Assembly: GCA_964016885.1 (NCBI GenBank)
Contig: OZ024740.1
Location: forward strand, 361,026,001-361,090,000
Source of the DNA: Eledone cirrhosa
Lineage: Eukaryota
Length of the DNA stretch: 64,000 nt
Reading direction: 5' to 3'
The notes beneath the pieces are model-generated. The model did not search any database and had not been told where the DNA came from. It was given only the letters and a program-made list of their open reading frames with translations. A program made the position numbers and the translations under genes. Below, piece by piece: positions 26,876 through 40,875 of the stretch. Each line of letters starts with the position of its first letter. The stretch's first letter is position 1.

Positions 26876-28224
26876 TTGTGAGTCTAATAACTATTTATTC
26901 TATAAACGTTTGAATCAGCAAACCCGTTTTTACATATTTTTTGCGTATTCATTACAGGATGTTAAGAGTTAAATAGATGTTAATTAAAATTGTTTCATAT
27001 CAACAGGATGTTAAAAGTGAATAATGTACCGTTAGGAAGAAAGGGACTGAAAAAGAAAGATGATGGGGATGGAAAACAATGTATGACGCAGCAAATTTTA
27101 AAGATTGAAACCAAGCAGAAATGAGTAAGGGGGAAATAATCTATACCAAGAGAGACAACTCAATGAAAACACAAGTCAGCTGCTAGAAATAGCAACCAAA
27201 TTTTCCTCAACTCACATTCTACCGTTTTAAGAAAGAAGAACACTTTCAATAATGTTTGTGCTGAGTGTAAAATATTAGATAGTCACGGTTGAAACGCTTT
27301 TAATCATAGTTCTATTTCAACTCCATGAAAACTGTTTACAAAACTTTAACAAATGTGATGAAAAAAAAAGACCTGACTTTATCCACCATACAAACTGCTT
27401 TTTATCTGCCTAACAGAAACAAAAATGGCAGGGGAGAGGGGAGTGCATTATCTGAGCAGGGCACTAATATATGTCTTACTTGAAGTTTCAATTCAGCAAC
27501 TGAACAAAGTATTTTCTGTTCCTAAAGAGGAAGCCCAGACTTTGGGATGCAATTTAACTAGGTTATGTATGTGAAGTCGCCATGGAGGTCTGAGGTCTAG
27601 CATTTGGACTGACTTCACCCATGTGATACCATACCACCTGAAACTGGCCCTGATTCTATGATACAAAACCCTATATTCTATGTATTTTATTTTTCTAAAA
27701 ACTTTCCATCATAATTTTATGTAAGAATTTTTAATGTAAGAACATTTAAACGCAAGCTTAATAATGAGAGAGTTAGTGATATCACTAAATCTCTCTTAAT
27801 TTTTGATTAGTTTCAAAATTATTTGCAAATCATGAGCAGTATTTTTTATTACAAATATGATAAAGAAAAGTTTAAACAAAAAGAAAAAAGAATGACACAT
27901 TAGACAATGAAATCCCTGATATACAAAAAGATGGGATGGTCACAACTGCAACACCTTGACCATAATGGTTGCATCATCACTTTAGCAGAAGATAGTAAGT
28001 TGGCAGAACCATTATGGTGTTAGGTAGAATATCTTGTATTTGATCTGGCTCTCTGCACTCTGTTCAAATTCCCACTCATAAATGTAAATCCCACCAAAGG
28101 GCTGGGCTAATCACCTACCATGTGACCACAACTGATTTTGAAAGCTACAATAGATGGAGGAGGGCTGTGGACATCTAGTAATGCAGATGAATGATGATGA
28201 TGATGGGTGTGTATATCTGTGGGG

Positions 28225-29300
28225 GCCAGAAAGGAATGAATTGAGTATGCTCCTATGGATGTGTAATAATAGTGTGCATGAACGACATAGCATAAGCATG
28301 TAGTGTGCAAGAGAAGACTGCATTAGTATGGACATGTGATGCATATGGAAGATAGCAGCTGCATAAAAAAATGCAGAAAAGCTCCAGTGACTGGGACCTA
28401 TGGAAAAGGCAGACCCAGGAAGACATGGGATGAGGTTTTGAAGACTGACTTTAAAAAACTAAACAACAGAAATGACAAAGAACCACGAGGGCTGGTGCAA
28501 TGCTGCGCTGATGGAAACCCAAACAACAGCATACAATCTGGCCTGACTTATCCCCCGTGTCCTCTCACTTTTACCAGCAGTCCTTAGCAACTATCCTCAC
28601 TATCACTACGCCCCCACACCACCCATACGACCTTCAGCATTCATTCCTTAGTTGCTGACCCTCAAAAACCCTTAGATACCTTCACCACCGCACCCTAGTA
28701 GCTACTCTCTTCTCACCCATGCACCCACTAGTTACTATCTTCACTATCACCAGATATGCCCCACTTCATCCATGCCCCCTCCTGCTTTTATTCTTTATTT
28801 GTGTTGAGAGGACCCTTCAGTCATGTCATAGTGCAGCCTCTTTACTGTAAGTGTTCAACAGGATAAACACACTCAGTACACACTGTAAAGTGTTTAGTGA
28901 TAGGAAGAGTATTCAGCCATAGAAAACTTTCCAAACAAAAGGTTCTGAGGACCCTTCAGTTGTGTCAAAGACATGACAACCTCCCTTGTGCAATCGGATG
29001 AACTTAAGACCATATGTAAGCAGGACCGTCTTAACGCATGGGCATGCTGGGCAGTTGCCCGGGGGCCCCACGAGGATAGGGGGCCCATTTGTATTTTTAT
29101 TCCTTTGAGTGGTTGTGTAGGTAGGGGCCCCAGTGCTCTGCTTTGCCTGGGGGCCTATAATGCTGTTAAGACGGTCCTGTATGTAAGATGCAGATCATCT
29201 AGCCTGTCTGGGAAGTTAGTAGCCCCACTTCTGTACTGACTGTCTATGTAAACCTGTCCAACCCTTGCTAGCAGAGAAAGCAGATGTTAAACAATGATGA
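28225..29300 (+). mobile_element. 3' fragment of RTE family 2 LINE with 3' UTR
   Basis: YGHVMHMEDSSCIKKC...GRPRKTWDEV, then tail ending GTTAAACAATGATGAT; interrupted by a MITE. Confidence 0.8.
29021..29179. mobile_element. 159-bp hAT-type MITE
   Basis: Perfect 15-bp TIR CAGGACCGTCTTAAC / GTTAAGACGGTCCTG and perfect 8-bp TSD TATGTAAG (29013-29020, 29180-29187). Confidence 0.93.
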
Positions 29301-29339
29301 TATATATATAGAAATTGGAGCAACTCTGAATTAATAGAT

Positions 29340-32300
29340 GAAATGAATATGAATCCGCAAGCTACCAAGCACCCATGCGAAGCCCCAATCCAGAGAGAGG
29401 AAGCACACACACACACACCCCTGCACAAAATCGACCCTTCCCTACGAGTGTCGACAAATGCCCAAAACTCTGAGTTAGTACCATCAATGTAAGCACAATG
29501 AAAGGAAGAGCAGGAGAAATCGTAGAAATGCTAGAGCAAAAGGAAATTGATGTATGCTGTGTGCAAGAGACTAGATGGAGAGGAGAGTCTGCTAGAGTCC
29601 TTGTAGGTAGGAAAAAGTCAGTGCTACAAATGTTTCTGGGTGGGAAATGACGATGGGATGGGTGGTGTAGGTATCCTACTAGCTGACAAGTGGGTAGATA
29701 AAGTAATCTCAGTGTACAGGGTAAATGCAAGAAACATTAAACTCAGACTAGTCCTGAATAAAACAATTACCACAATAATATCAGCTTACGCACCCCAATC
29801 GGGGTTGCCAGACGAACTTAAGGATAGATTTTACGAGTCCCTAATGCACACTACTGCTCTAATAAACGACAATGACTTCCTAATCATCGCAGGAGATTTT
29901 AACGGACACTTAGGTAAACACTGTGATGGCTTCAATAGAGTCCATGGAGGCCATGGGATTGGCACAAGAAATGAAGAAGGATTCAGACTTCTAGAATTCT
30001 GCGACGCCAATGACATGTCGATATGTAACACCCGACAAAAAACCCAACAACCACCTGATCACCTATAGATCAGGGGAGCATTCTAGTCAGATAGATTTTA
30101 TCCTCATCAGAGGACGTGACAGATGGACGGTCGTAAACACAAAAGCCTTCCCTAGTGAGGAATGTACGTCCCAACATAGCTTAGTTGTCAGCGACCTCAC
30201 GGTCAGAACTAGACGAACCTGGAAACAGAGGCCAACCTGGAGAAGAAAGATCTGGAAGCTGAAAGACCCCTCAGCCAGTAACAGATTTAAAGATATTTTA
30301 CTCAACGCCTACGACAGTAAAGAAGAAAAGATAGAGACATTCACTGTAGAAGAGCACTGGGAGTTCCTAAAAAATAACTTACTAGAGGCGACGGATGAGG
30401 TCTGTGGCTGGAGTAAGACCACAAGCAGGAGGAGAGTGACTTGGTGGTGGAACAATAAGGTAGATGAGGCAGTTAAGGCCAAGAGACAGGCATGGAAAGA
30501 ATGGAAGAACGGGGGGAGCAGGGTACATTACATAGAGACCAAGAGGGAAGCTAGGCGACAAGTATACTTAGCTAGGAGGGAAGCAGAGGATAGAAAATTC
30601 AAGCATGTTTTGCAACGTGAGGACCAGAAACAGGAGGTGTTCAAGATTGCGAGGCAGTGTGTCAAAGAGAATTGTGATGTCATTGGAGAGAAGTGTATCC
30701 AGAATGATAAAGGTGAGCTTGCCCTCACAAGTGCTGAGAAGAAAGATGCATGGAAGAGTCATTATGATAGATTACTAAATGAGGAGAATGCATGGGAAGA
30801 AGAGACCCTACCCCAAGTAGACCCTATAGAGGGGCCAGCAGTACAAGTCAGCAGTAGCGTAGTAAGTAAGGCAATCAAAGATATGAAGATGGGGAAGGCA
30901 ACCGGTCCATCGAGTATAGCTGCCGAGATGCTGAAGGCATCTGGGTCTGTAGGTCACACTATAACCACACATATTGTTAACCAAGTAATACTATAAGGTG
31001 TCATACCATAAGATTGGTGCAGTAGCATCATTGTCAACTGCTACAAAGGTAAAGGTGATGCACTAGATAGAGGAAACTATAGAGGTATAAAGCTGATGGA
31101 CCAGGTCATGAAAGTAACGGAAAGAGTTATAGCACAGTTGATTAGGGACCGGGTGAAACTAGATGAGATGCAATTTGGGTTTGTACCAGGAAGAGGCACC
31201 ACTGATGCCCTCTTCCTTGTGAGGCAGTTACAGGAAAAGTACCTAGCTAAAAGTAAGCCACTCTACCTCTCATTCGTCGATCTCGAGAAAGCCTTTGACA
31301 GAGTTCCATGTGCTGTAATCTGGTGGGCTCTTAGAAAACTAGGAGTAGATGAATGGCTTGTGAAAGCTGTACAAGCCATGTATAGGGGAGCAGTCAGCAA
31401 AGTTAGGATTAGCAATGAGTATAGCGAGGAATTTAGCATACAGGTTGGTGTCCACCAGGGCTCTGTTCTTAGCCCTCTCCTGTTCATCATAGTCCTGCAG
31501 GCAATAACGGAGGAGTTTAAGACCGGATGCCCATGGGAACTCCTGTATGCTGATGACCTCGCACTTATAGCTGAATCTATGGTAGAACTAGAGAAGAAAT
31601 TCCAAACTTGGAAGCAGGGACTAGAAAGAAAGGGTCTCAAAGTCAACCTGACAAAGACTAAGGTCCTTGTAAGTAGACGAGAAAACAGAACCCAGATCCC
31701 CTCAGGGAAATGGCCTTGCTCAGTATGTAGGAAAGGTGTAGGTAGGAACTCCATTCTCTGCCCCAAATGCAAACAATGGGTACACAAGAGATGTAGCAGG
31801 ATCTCAGGAAGCTTAATTAAGAATGTAGGATTCACATGCAGCAGCTGTGCTGAGACAGCAAGCAGCAAGCAGCCACAGGAAACAAGTACCACCAATCTCT
31901 GGGAGGGCTCTGTAGAAACAGTAGACAGCTTCTGCTACCTAGGTGACCGAATTATCAGCGGAGGTGGGTGTTCAGAAAGTACAATAACTAGGGTAAGAAC
32001 GGGATGGAAGAAGTTCAGGGAACTACTGCCACTGCTAGCTGCAAAAGGCTTCTCCCTCAAAATGAAAGGCAGACTGTATGATGCGTGTATCCGAACAGCA
32101 ATGTTACATGGTAGTGAGACCTGGGCGCTGAAGGTGGAAAACTTACGTAGATTAGAGAGAAATGACGCCTGCATGCTCCGATGGATGTGTAATAGTAATA
32201 TACGCGAACGATAAAGCATAAATGAATTGAGAGAGAGACTGAGCATAAGAGGAATCAAATGCTCTGTGCAGGAGAGGCGGTTGCATTGGTATGGACATGT

Positions 32301-32805
32301 GATGCATATGAAGGATGACAGCTGCATAAAAAGGTGCAGAGCACTAGAAGTCGATGGAAACCGCGGAGTGGGGAGACCCAAGATGACCTGGGATGAGGTG
32401 ATAAAAGCCGACCTTACCCAATTACACCTCTCAAAAGCGATGACACACGACCGTGACCTCTGGCGTCACGCAGTAATACAGAGTACCCGACCTCCCATGG
32501 GTACAAGCTAATGCATATAGACAATATGCCCCCACACCCTCCCACTGCAAGGTGGTCGTGAAGGTGCCACGGCAAAAAAAGCACCCAGCCCACACTGTAA
32601 AGTGGACGTGTAGGCGCCACGAAAAAGCACCCAGCACTCACTGTAAATGAGGTTGGTGTTAGGAAGGGCATCCAATGTAGAAATCAAGCCAAAATCAGTT
32701 CCTGTATGAGCAAGGCATGGTCAGCCGACCAGACACTGCCCACAACAGGACAACCCGTCTAACCCATGCTAGCGTGGAAGAACGGACGTAAAACGGTGAT
32801 GATGA
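29340..32805 (+). mobile_element. near full-length RTE-clade LINE (family 2): APE endonuclease, RT, PHD-type finger, 3' UTR; inactivated
   Basis: EN start (TINVSTMKGR, CVQETRW, SAYAPQ, AGDFNGH), RT (QFGFVPGRGT, FVDLEKAFDRV, GVHQGSVLSPLLF, LYADD), C4HC3 finger, HGSETW, GRPKMTW. Frameshifts near 29620 and 30030, stops at 30994-30996 and 32212-32214; GAT-repeat tail. Confidence 0.95.
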
Positions 32806-33044
32806 TATATATAAATATATATATATATAAAGGAACGTGATAAAAGGAGAGATACTGTACTGAGGACCCATCCAACCCCTGCAAGCACAGAACAATGGAT
32901 GTAAATACATGATGATGGTTATACATATATATATATATATATATAAACAATGTGTTCCATCATGAACAAAAGAAAAAGAAAGAAGAACCAAGCAACGAAA
33001 GAAAAGAAAGGGGAGGGACAGATACAACACCCCAGTCTGAGCAG

Positions 33045-33150
33045 TACCTTAGCTGCACCCCGCAGACAAACTGGCAAAGACGTTACCACGGAGAATGGCC
33101 AGAAACAGCAACCCCACCTCAAGGGACTTCCTCCTCAAGCAGGCCGCTGA
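33045..33150 (-). mobile_element. possible degenerate CRE-like 3' fragment
   Basis: Minus-strand LAILRGNVFASL resembles LTILRGNVFSIL at about 26750. Confidence 0.4.
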
Positions 33151-34139
33151 CTTTCCTATTTTACAGAGGAAATCAACAGTGTGAGGAAACAAGGACACCA
33201 GAGATCTCAATAGAGACTGGTACAATGAGGAAGTGGTCAGTCAGGCTCTGATATTTAACTATCTTCCTCTCTTCTGTATTGCATGTAACAGAGCCCAGGT
33301 TTGTGGCCAAAGCAACAAGGTTGGAGGTGGAGAATGTGTCGCCATAATTACTAACCTGAGACTATGCAATAGCAACAACACCCCCCACAACAACAATATT
33401 AATACTTCAATCACATACCTGCATCTGTAGACAAGATCAGAGGATGGTCTTGGTTAGCTTCACCCACATTCTCTCCAATTACAGTCTCCCAGATGTTAAA
33501 CAACAATGAAGACATCTCTCTTCATACATTTAACACCTAACACTAACATAGACTTAAAACAACAATACCAACAGTCTACCATTCACTGGTTCGATGGTAA
33601 ATAAATAACAAATTGAACTTTACTTCCTTTTAACTGTGAGGTGGAAGGGTAGAGGTGTAAATGGTGGGGGTGGTCGTGGTGTTTGTTGTGATTACTCACA
33701 TCACTGGATATTATCAGCATTTGTCACATGAACACACACACATATATATATACACACATATGCACAATCACATATACATACACATAAATATATACAATCA
33801 CATACACACACATATTCACTAATACACAGACACATAAACATTAACTCACATACACACTAACACTGTCAATATTAAACAAATTTAATATGACCTCTGAAAT
33901 CAGTTGAAACAAAGATTACCACCACCATCATCCTTATTGTTACTACCATCATCATCACCATAGCCATTATCACCATCATCATTGTCAACAACATCATCAC
34001 TATTATTGCCACTGCCACCATCACCACTATGTTCATCATAAACGCAATTTATGCACCAATCTTACCTCCTCTTTATTCTCCTATCACTGTTGTATCTCCC
34101 CTACCATACACTATAAAAAAAAAGACCACCTTCAGTCAC

Positions 34140-34456
34140 AATAACCATTATTTTTGCACCTAGAAAGTTCCCCTCTGAGGCACAAGATCAGGCAAAGTGT
34201 TTTTGTAGAAGACCAGCAGTCATCCATACCAGTTTCCCCTCTCCATGCCACTGATGTTGTCCAAGAGAAAGGCAAAGGCTGATGCAGCTTGGTACCAGTG
34301 ACATGGTAACTCATTTTTACAGCTGAATGAACTGAAGTCATGCGAAAAAATAAAATGTCTTGCTCAAGGACACAACTCATTGCCCAGTCCAAGATTCGAA
34401 CTCACAACCTCATGATTATGAGTCTAATGTTCTAACCACTGAGCTATGCACCTTCA
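34140..34456 (-). mobile_element. tRNA-derived SINE (family A)
   Basis: Reverse: GAAGGTGCATAGCTCAGTGGTTAGAAC...GAGTTCGAATC A/B boxes. Confidence 0.8.
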
Positions 34457-36652
34457 GATCACAATACACTATACTTTGTACTAAACACATTATCCAATGT
34501 GTTATTTTCTAAAACAAGGTCCAGCAACTACATAGAGGTTCTCTCATTAGCTATATGGTCGGAGTGATGATAGTGCTGATGGTAGTAGTTGAATGATAGT
34601 AATGATGATGATGACGAGTGTTGTGGTGACAGCATGTGATGTCCATGAGGATGATGGTGATGGTGGCAATGATGATGATATGGAATTTAAGAGCAAGATG
34701 AGGTCTCTCTGACCTGTCTAGTATGGAAGGCAGATATATAATGGTGATGAGTGAAAATATAGCTCAACTGGGAATGTTTTTGATTTAATGTAAAATCTCC
34801 TCCTCTCTTCATTATCAGTGTCACATTATTATTTTTATTGATAACATATATTTATTGCCAATATAGAATTGAGCAGTTACTAATTATATCAATGTATAAA
34901 TATGTCTTACTTTACAGCATTGCTCTCAGAATGACTCATTGTATTTATCTTGCATATTGTGCAACACATCATCATTATTTTATGTCTGCTTTCCATGCTG
35001 ACATGAGATGGAGTGTCTGTCACAGTTTGAAACTAGAGGTGTTGGAGATACCCACATTGCTCATAATATTCTGTATTTGGCATGGTTTCTATGGCTGGAT
35101 CATCTTCCTAATGGCATGTACCTTATAGCATCTTCCTAATGGCATGTACCTTATAGCATGTACTGGGTGTGTTTTATCATGGGACCAAAACTACCACATT
35201 ACAGAGTGTACTAGGTACATTTTATCATGGCACCATATAAGTTAAATACTGGAATCATTAAATAACTAAATAAGATTATAATTCACAGCATCTACATTTG
35301 GCAAAAATGATTCGCAACATCACTCATTCTTAAATGCTACAAATATAGTACCAGCAGCAGCTGCTGGGGGTGGGTGGTGGGGTTAACTTTGCAATGAACT
35401 AGCATCCATTTCAAGAGGATGGGGTCTTGTACTCTCAGGCATTTAATGCCACATGAAACCAGGATAAGCTACAGCCTTTGTCTAATGAAATAAAACATAA
35501 CAATGGCATTTTCCTTGTTGTGTCTGTCAGATAACAAAAGACTGCAACAAGTGCCAAGATATTATGTTAGAATAGACCTGTCCAACCCATGCCTATGATA
35601 GATAGCTATGAGATAAAAGTGTCCAGCTACTGGCCACAATGTCACAAATTGAAACATTATTGTAGACATTATGACCAAGACCTATAAATAAGAAGGAGAT
35701 TTAACTAGAAATCCCGGTCGAAAAAGGACGCAGTAGAGAAAGACCACGAAAAACATGGGTGGAGGTGGTGAGAGCTGACCTCAGGTCGCTGAAGCTCACA
35801 GATTAGATGACGAGGGACCGTGACGAATGGAGAGATGTTGTGCTGAAGAGGACCCGTCCTAACTTTGCAAGCAGGGAAAAGTGAACTTATGATGATGATG
35901 ACCAGGTCCAATGGAAGTGAGAAGGGGACTGTGAATATCTGACAATCCCTAGAATAAAGAATTACTTTCCTTGAATTTTGAGAGATACTTACTCTCCCCA
36001 CTCCCATCAGGGCTCAAAAGTGGTCATGTCCATACCTTACCAAATTTTTCTTGGAGCCCCTGGTTTTGATGAATCCATAGATAGGGACACTCATCCACTT
36101 CCTCAAGTGTTAAAACTAAAAGATATGGCTGCCACTCAAAACTGAGTAAAACTCCGTAGTATAAACTATGCTTTTTAGGATGAAAGGCCAAGTGGACCTG
36201 AGTGTGGTTTGTACTCAGAATTTAGTGAGCTGGAAGAAATATCCAATACCAAACCAACCAAACATTATAGATTGACAACAACAAAACCCATTCCTACATC
36301 ACAACTGATGATTAATTGTAGAAAGGACATCTAGGTGTGAAAACAATTACTCCAACAAAACCCACCCTACACCTGTAAAAAAAATAGGGTAAAACAGTAA
36401 AAAAAAAAAAAAAAAAAGGAAACACTGATGTCAACCAATTTTTTTTTTTTTTAATACATCGTATTAGTGCAGGGATGACTGTGCAGCTATGAAGGCTGCT
36501 TTGGAACCACATGAAATTGGGTTCAGTCCCACTACAGGGTACATTAGATATCTTTAACTATAGCCTGGAGCCAACCAATGCCTTGAGAATAAATTTGGTA
36601 GATGTTAACTCTAAAGAAGCTTATCGTGTGTGTGTGTGTGTGTGTGTGCGTG

Positions 36653-36706
<54 letters not shown>

Positions 36707-37724
36707 AAGAGAGATGTATGTGTGTGCCTGTAAATACCATTATCATAGACTTGCAATAACGGTTGTTTATGCCCACCACAAACAATATGTCAAGTGATGT
36801 TTGCAGCTTGATAAAGATCAGCAGTATATGTACTATACTTACAATAAGGTATAGATTGACACCAGGAATGGCATCTGGCTGTAGCAAACCTGCTAGAAAA
36901 AATATCTTGTCCAACTCTTGCAAACATGGAAAATCAGATGTAAAAATGGTGGTGGTGACAAACGATGACTATGACAAGGAAGGGGAAGATTTTGTTGTCA
37001 CATATAATCTTAATTGTAATCAGATACATTTTACCCAGTAAATTATAGAAAGGGACATTTATATAATGAAGTTAAATGGAATGTATATATGTGTGATATT
37101 TCTCGAACATTAACATAATAAACAAAAAAAACACATTAGATATGATGATTATCTTAGATTAATATGGATCAAGTAGGAGAGATAAGAATAGAACAGATGA
37201 AACAGTAAACATATTTAGCTTCCTTGAAAATATGTATCCAGTTGATCTGGCATAGATATTTCATTCTATTCTATGTTCAAATTAAAATCTATTAATCTAC
37301 CAATCTATCTATAGATAAATCTATCTGTCTCTCTATATATATTATATATACACACACATATATATATAGATATATATCTTTATATAGCGTGTTATCTCTC
37401 TCTCTCTCAAGGACATGGCAGTTCATGCTACTGAAGGATATTACATATAGTTCTTGACATGGAGTGGCAGCAGCACTTAACAAATGAATGCCTGTATGAA
37501 AATCTCTTAAAGGTAAGACATTTGGATAACAGTGACTTCATTTATCTGGGCAGTGTGCACAATATCTAGCAGCACAGACTAGCAAGGCTTCGTGGATATC
37601 CAGTTATATACATTGATAACCTGAAGTAGGACATTGGTCTAGATTGTCCAGGAACTGAAGATGGCAATGGTGGACAGAGAAGTGTGCTGGATGCTATGTC
37701 ACATACAATGATCAAATTAACCTA

Positions 37725-39450
37725 GATGAGATGTAGTTCGGATTTAAGCCAGGAAAAAGTACCATGGGTCCCCCTCTAACTTGTGAGGAAAAGTATCTAT
37801 CTAAAAGCAAACCCCTCTACTTAGCATTGGTCGACCTCGAGAAAGCTTTTGACAGGATTCCCCGTTCTGTAATCTAGTTGGCAATTAGAAAATTAAGAGT
37901 AGAAGAGTGGATACTGAGGGTGGTACAAGCCATGTATAGAGGTGCTGTCAATAAGGTTAAAGTTAATAATAAACTATAGTGAGGAGTTTAGTTTGCAAGT
38001 TAGGGTCCACCTAAGTTATGTCCTTAGCCCTCACCTGTTTATTATCATCCTCCAAGCTATATCAGATGAGTTCAAAACAGGAAGCTCTTGGGAACTCCTG
38101 CATGCTGATACTCTAACACTCAGAGCTGAATTTATGACAGAACTAGAGAAAAATTCCTGACCTGGAAGCATAACCTAGAATCAAAAGGTTTTAAAGTCAA
38201 CTTGGCAAAGACCAAAGTTCTAGTAAGTAGTAAGGAAAACAAGGCCTTGATCCCTTCTGGGAAATGGCCCTGCTCACTGTGTAGGAAAGGGGTAGGTAGA
38301 AATACCATCCTCTGTTCCAAATACAAACTATGGGTACACAAGAGATGTAGTGGAATCCCAGGTGAGTTAGCTAAGAACAGGTTTTACTTGTGGCCATTAC
38401 ACAGGAGCAGTCAGTAACAAACACTCACAGGAAACAAGTACTATCAAATTCTAGGAATGTTTTGCAGAAGCAGTCGACAACTTCTGCTAACTGGGTGACC
38501 AAATTAGCCAAGGACATGGGTGTGCCAAAAATATGGTAGCCAGAGTGAGAATGGGATGGAAAAAGTTCAGGTAGCTACTACTACTGCTAGCTACAAAAGT
38601 TGTTTTCCTCAAAATGAAGGGCAGATTGTATGATGCATGTATACAAACAGCAATGTAGTGAGACCCGAGCACTGTGTGCAGAGGACCTGTGAAGATTGGA
38701 AAGAATTGAACCAGGCATGCTTCGATGGATCTGTAATAGTAATATACAAAGCATAAATGAACTGAGAGAGAAACTGGACATAAGAGGGGTCAGATGCAGT
38801 GTGCAGAAGAGGAGATTGCATTGGTATGGACACGTGTTGCATATACCAGATGACAACTGTATAAAAAGATGCAGGATGTTCAAAGTTGATGGAAGCTATA
38901 GTGTAGGAAGACCTAAGAAGACTTGGGATGAGATGATAAAAACTGACCTTGCACAATTGCACCTCTCAAAAGCAATGAGACAGGATTGAGATCTCTGGCG
39001 TTATACAGTAAAACAGAACCTGCCTTCCCATACGCACAGGTTGAAGCATATATCTAGTAGGCAATATTTTCCCTTACCTCCCCTTTCCATACACCTCAAA
39101 CGACTTAAACACCCTTTCCCTGATAAGTACCCCACTCTAAATCTACCTCTCCAATCCTCATGCACATCCCCCCACCTCAGTCCACACTGTTAAGTGATCG
39201 TTTCTGGTGCCACGACAAAAAGTGCCCAGTCCACACTGTAAAATGGTCATATAGGTGTCACAACAAAAAGCACCCAGTACACACTGTAAATGCGGTTGGC
39301 ACCAGAAAGGGCAACCAGACATAGAAACCAAACCAAAAATAGTCCCGTGTGAGCAAGACACGGTCATCTGATCTGGCTTGGATCACATCTGGACAACTCA
39401 TCTAACCCCTGCTAGCATGAAAAAATGGATGTTAAACAGTGATGATGAAG
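37725..39450 (+). mobile_element. decayed 5'-truncated RTE family 2 copy
   Basis: Colinear with 31160-32805 (DLEKAFD, KWPCSLCRKGVGRN, RLHWYGHV) with many stops; 3' UTR present. Confidence 0.9.
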
Positions 39451-40529
39451 ATATATATATATGTATGTATATATATATTTTTTTTATATCTCTTCAGAGA
39501 AATGAAATTAACCTAATAAAGACCAAAATAGGAATTGAGGCTTTAATGCCATCTGCTGTACTTGCTATTGTTGTTATCTTCACCCAATTTTCCATACTAA
39601 CATATAAAAACCAATGTTTCTGTTGTAGCTGCAACTATATAGCAAAATTCCTATCAATTCATGTCATCAAAAATACATATCTACTGAGAATAGGCAAACC
39701 ATATTCCTGCATGTAAGAGGTGACGGAAGAAGGACTTCCAACTGTAAAACACTGCCTCAAAAAGGACCTTATGTCATGTGGTCAGCAAAGCAAACGCCAC
39801 CTTTAGCTGGGAAAAGGCCTTAAAATGCTATATATGATACATACGGCAAAATATAACATTAAGCTGCTCTCATCCAAAGATGTCATTATTAAAATTATTT
39901 TAAATAACTTTATATCAACATTTCTGACTCATGAAATACAGAGTTATCACTATTAAGCCTTTTCATACCCAACCCTTTAAAATGGCCCTTGGTTCTATGG
40001 TATAAAACTGTTTTAAAATGTTTATAGTTACATTCCTGATCACATGACTAGAATGGTCAGAGACGATGTCAGGTAATGAGTACCCCTCTAGTCTCGCAAG
40101 ATTCAAAGCAAACTCAGTGTTGGCACCAAGCTAAAATGCATTCAGTACACACTGTAAAGTGGTAGAAGTGGCGTCATGATAAAATGCACTCAGTACAGTC
40201 TGTGAAGTGGTTGGTGCTAGTATGGGTAACTAGGCCTAGAAATCATGCAAAATTTAGAACATAAGAGCTAGACATATTTCTCCAGCTCATCTAATCTCAG
40301 GCCATCATGAACCGTCCAACCCATGTCTACATGCAAAGCAAAAAAGCAGACATAGAAGGACGATGATGTAGTCTGTAAGATGTCCTTGTTGAAATGATCC
40401 TTTTGTTCACCAAACAGTCCAAATGCAGTGTGTAAGAAATAACTTACTATAACCTTTCCTATGACTAGTCTAAGTTTAATTATTCTGATCAAAGCAGTGT
40501 AGTAGACAAACAGTGGAACAGAACCACTG

Positions 40530-40875
40530 TCATGTACTATAGTGGCACACACTGTACTGTGTGTCACTGTACTATGGTGTCACATACTGTAGTGTGGTGT
40601 TACACACTGCAATGTGGTGTCACACTGTACTGTGATGTCACACATTGTACTGTGGTGTCACTCTATACTATGGTATCACACTCTATATTATGTCACACAC
40701 TGTACAATGGTGTTACACACTGTACTATGGTGTTACACACTGTACTATGGTGTTACACACTGTACTATGGTGTTACACTCTATACTATAGTGTCACACTC
40801 TATACCATAGTGCCACACACTATACTATAGTATCTCAATCTATATTATGACACTACATGCTGTATTATGGTGTCA
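40530..40875. repeat. 20-bp minisatellite CACACTGTACTATGGTGTTA
   Basis: Roughly 15-17 tandem units, most homogeneous in the centre. Confidence 0.9.

Noticed and set aside
35101-35156. Exact 28-bp tandem duplication
   Set aside because: Real, but a slippage event inside a repeat tail with no evident function.
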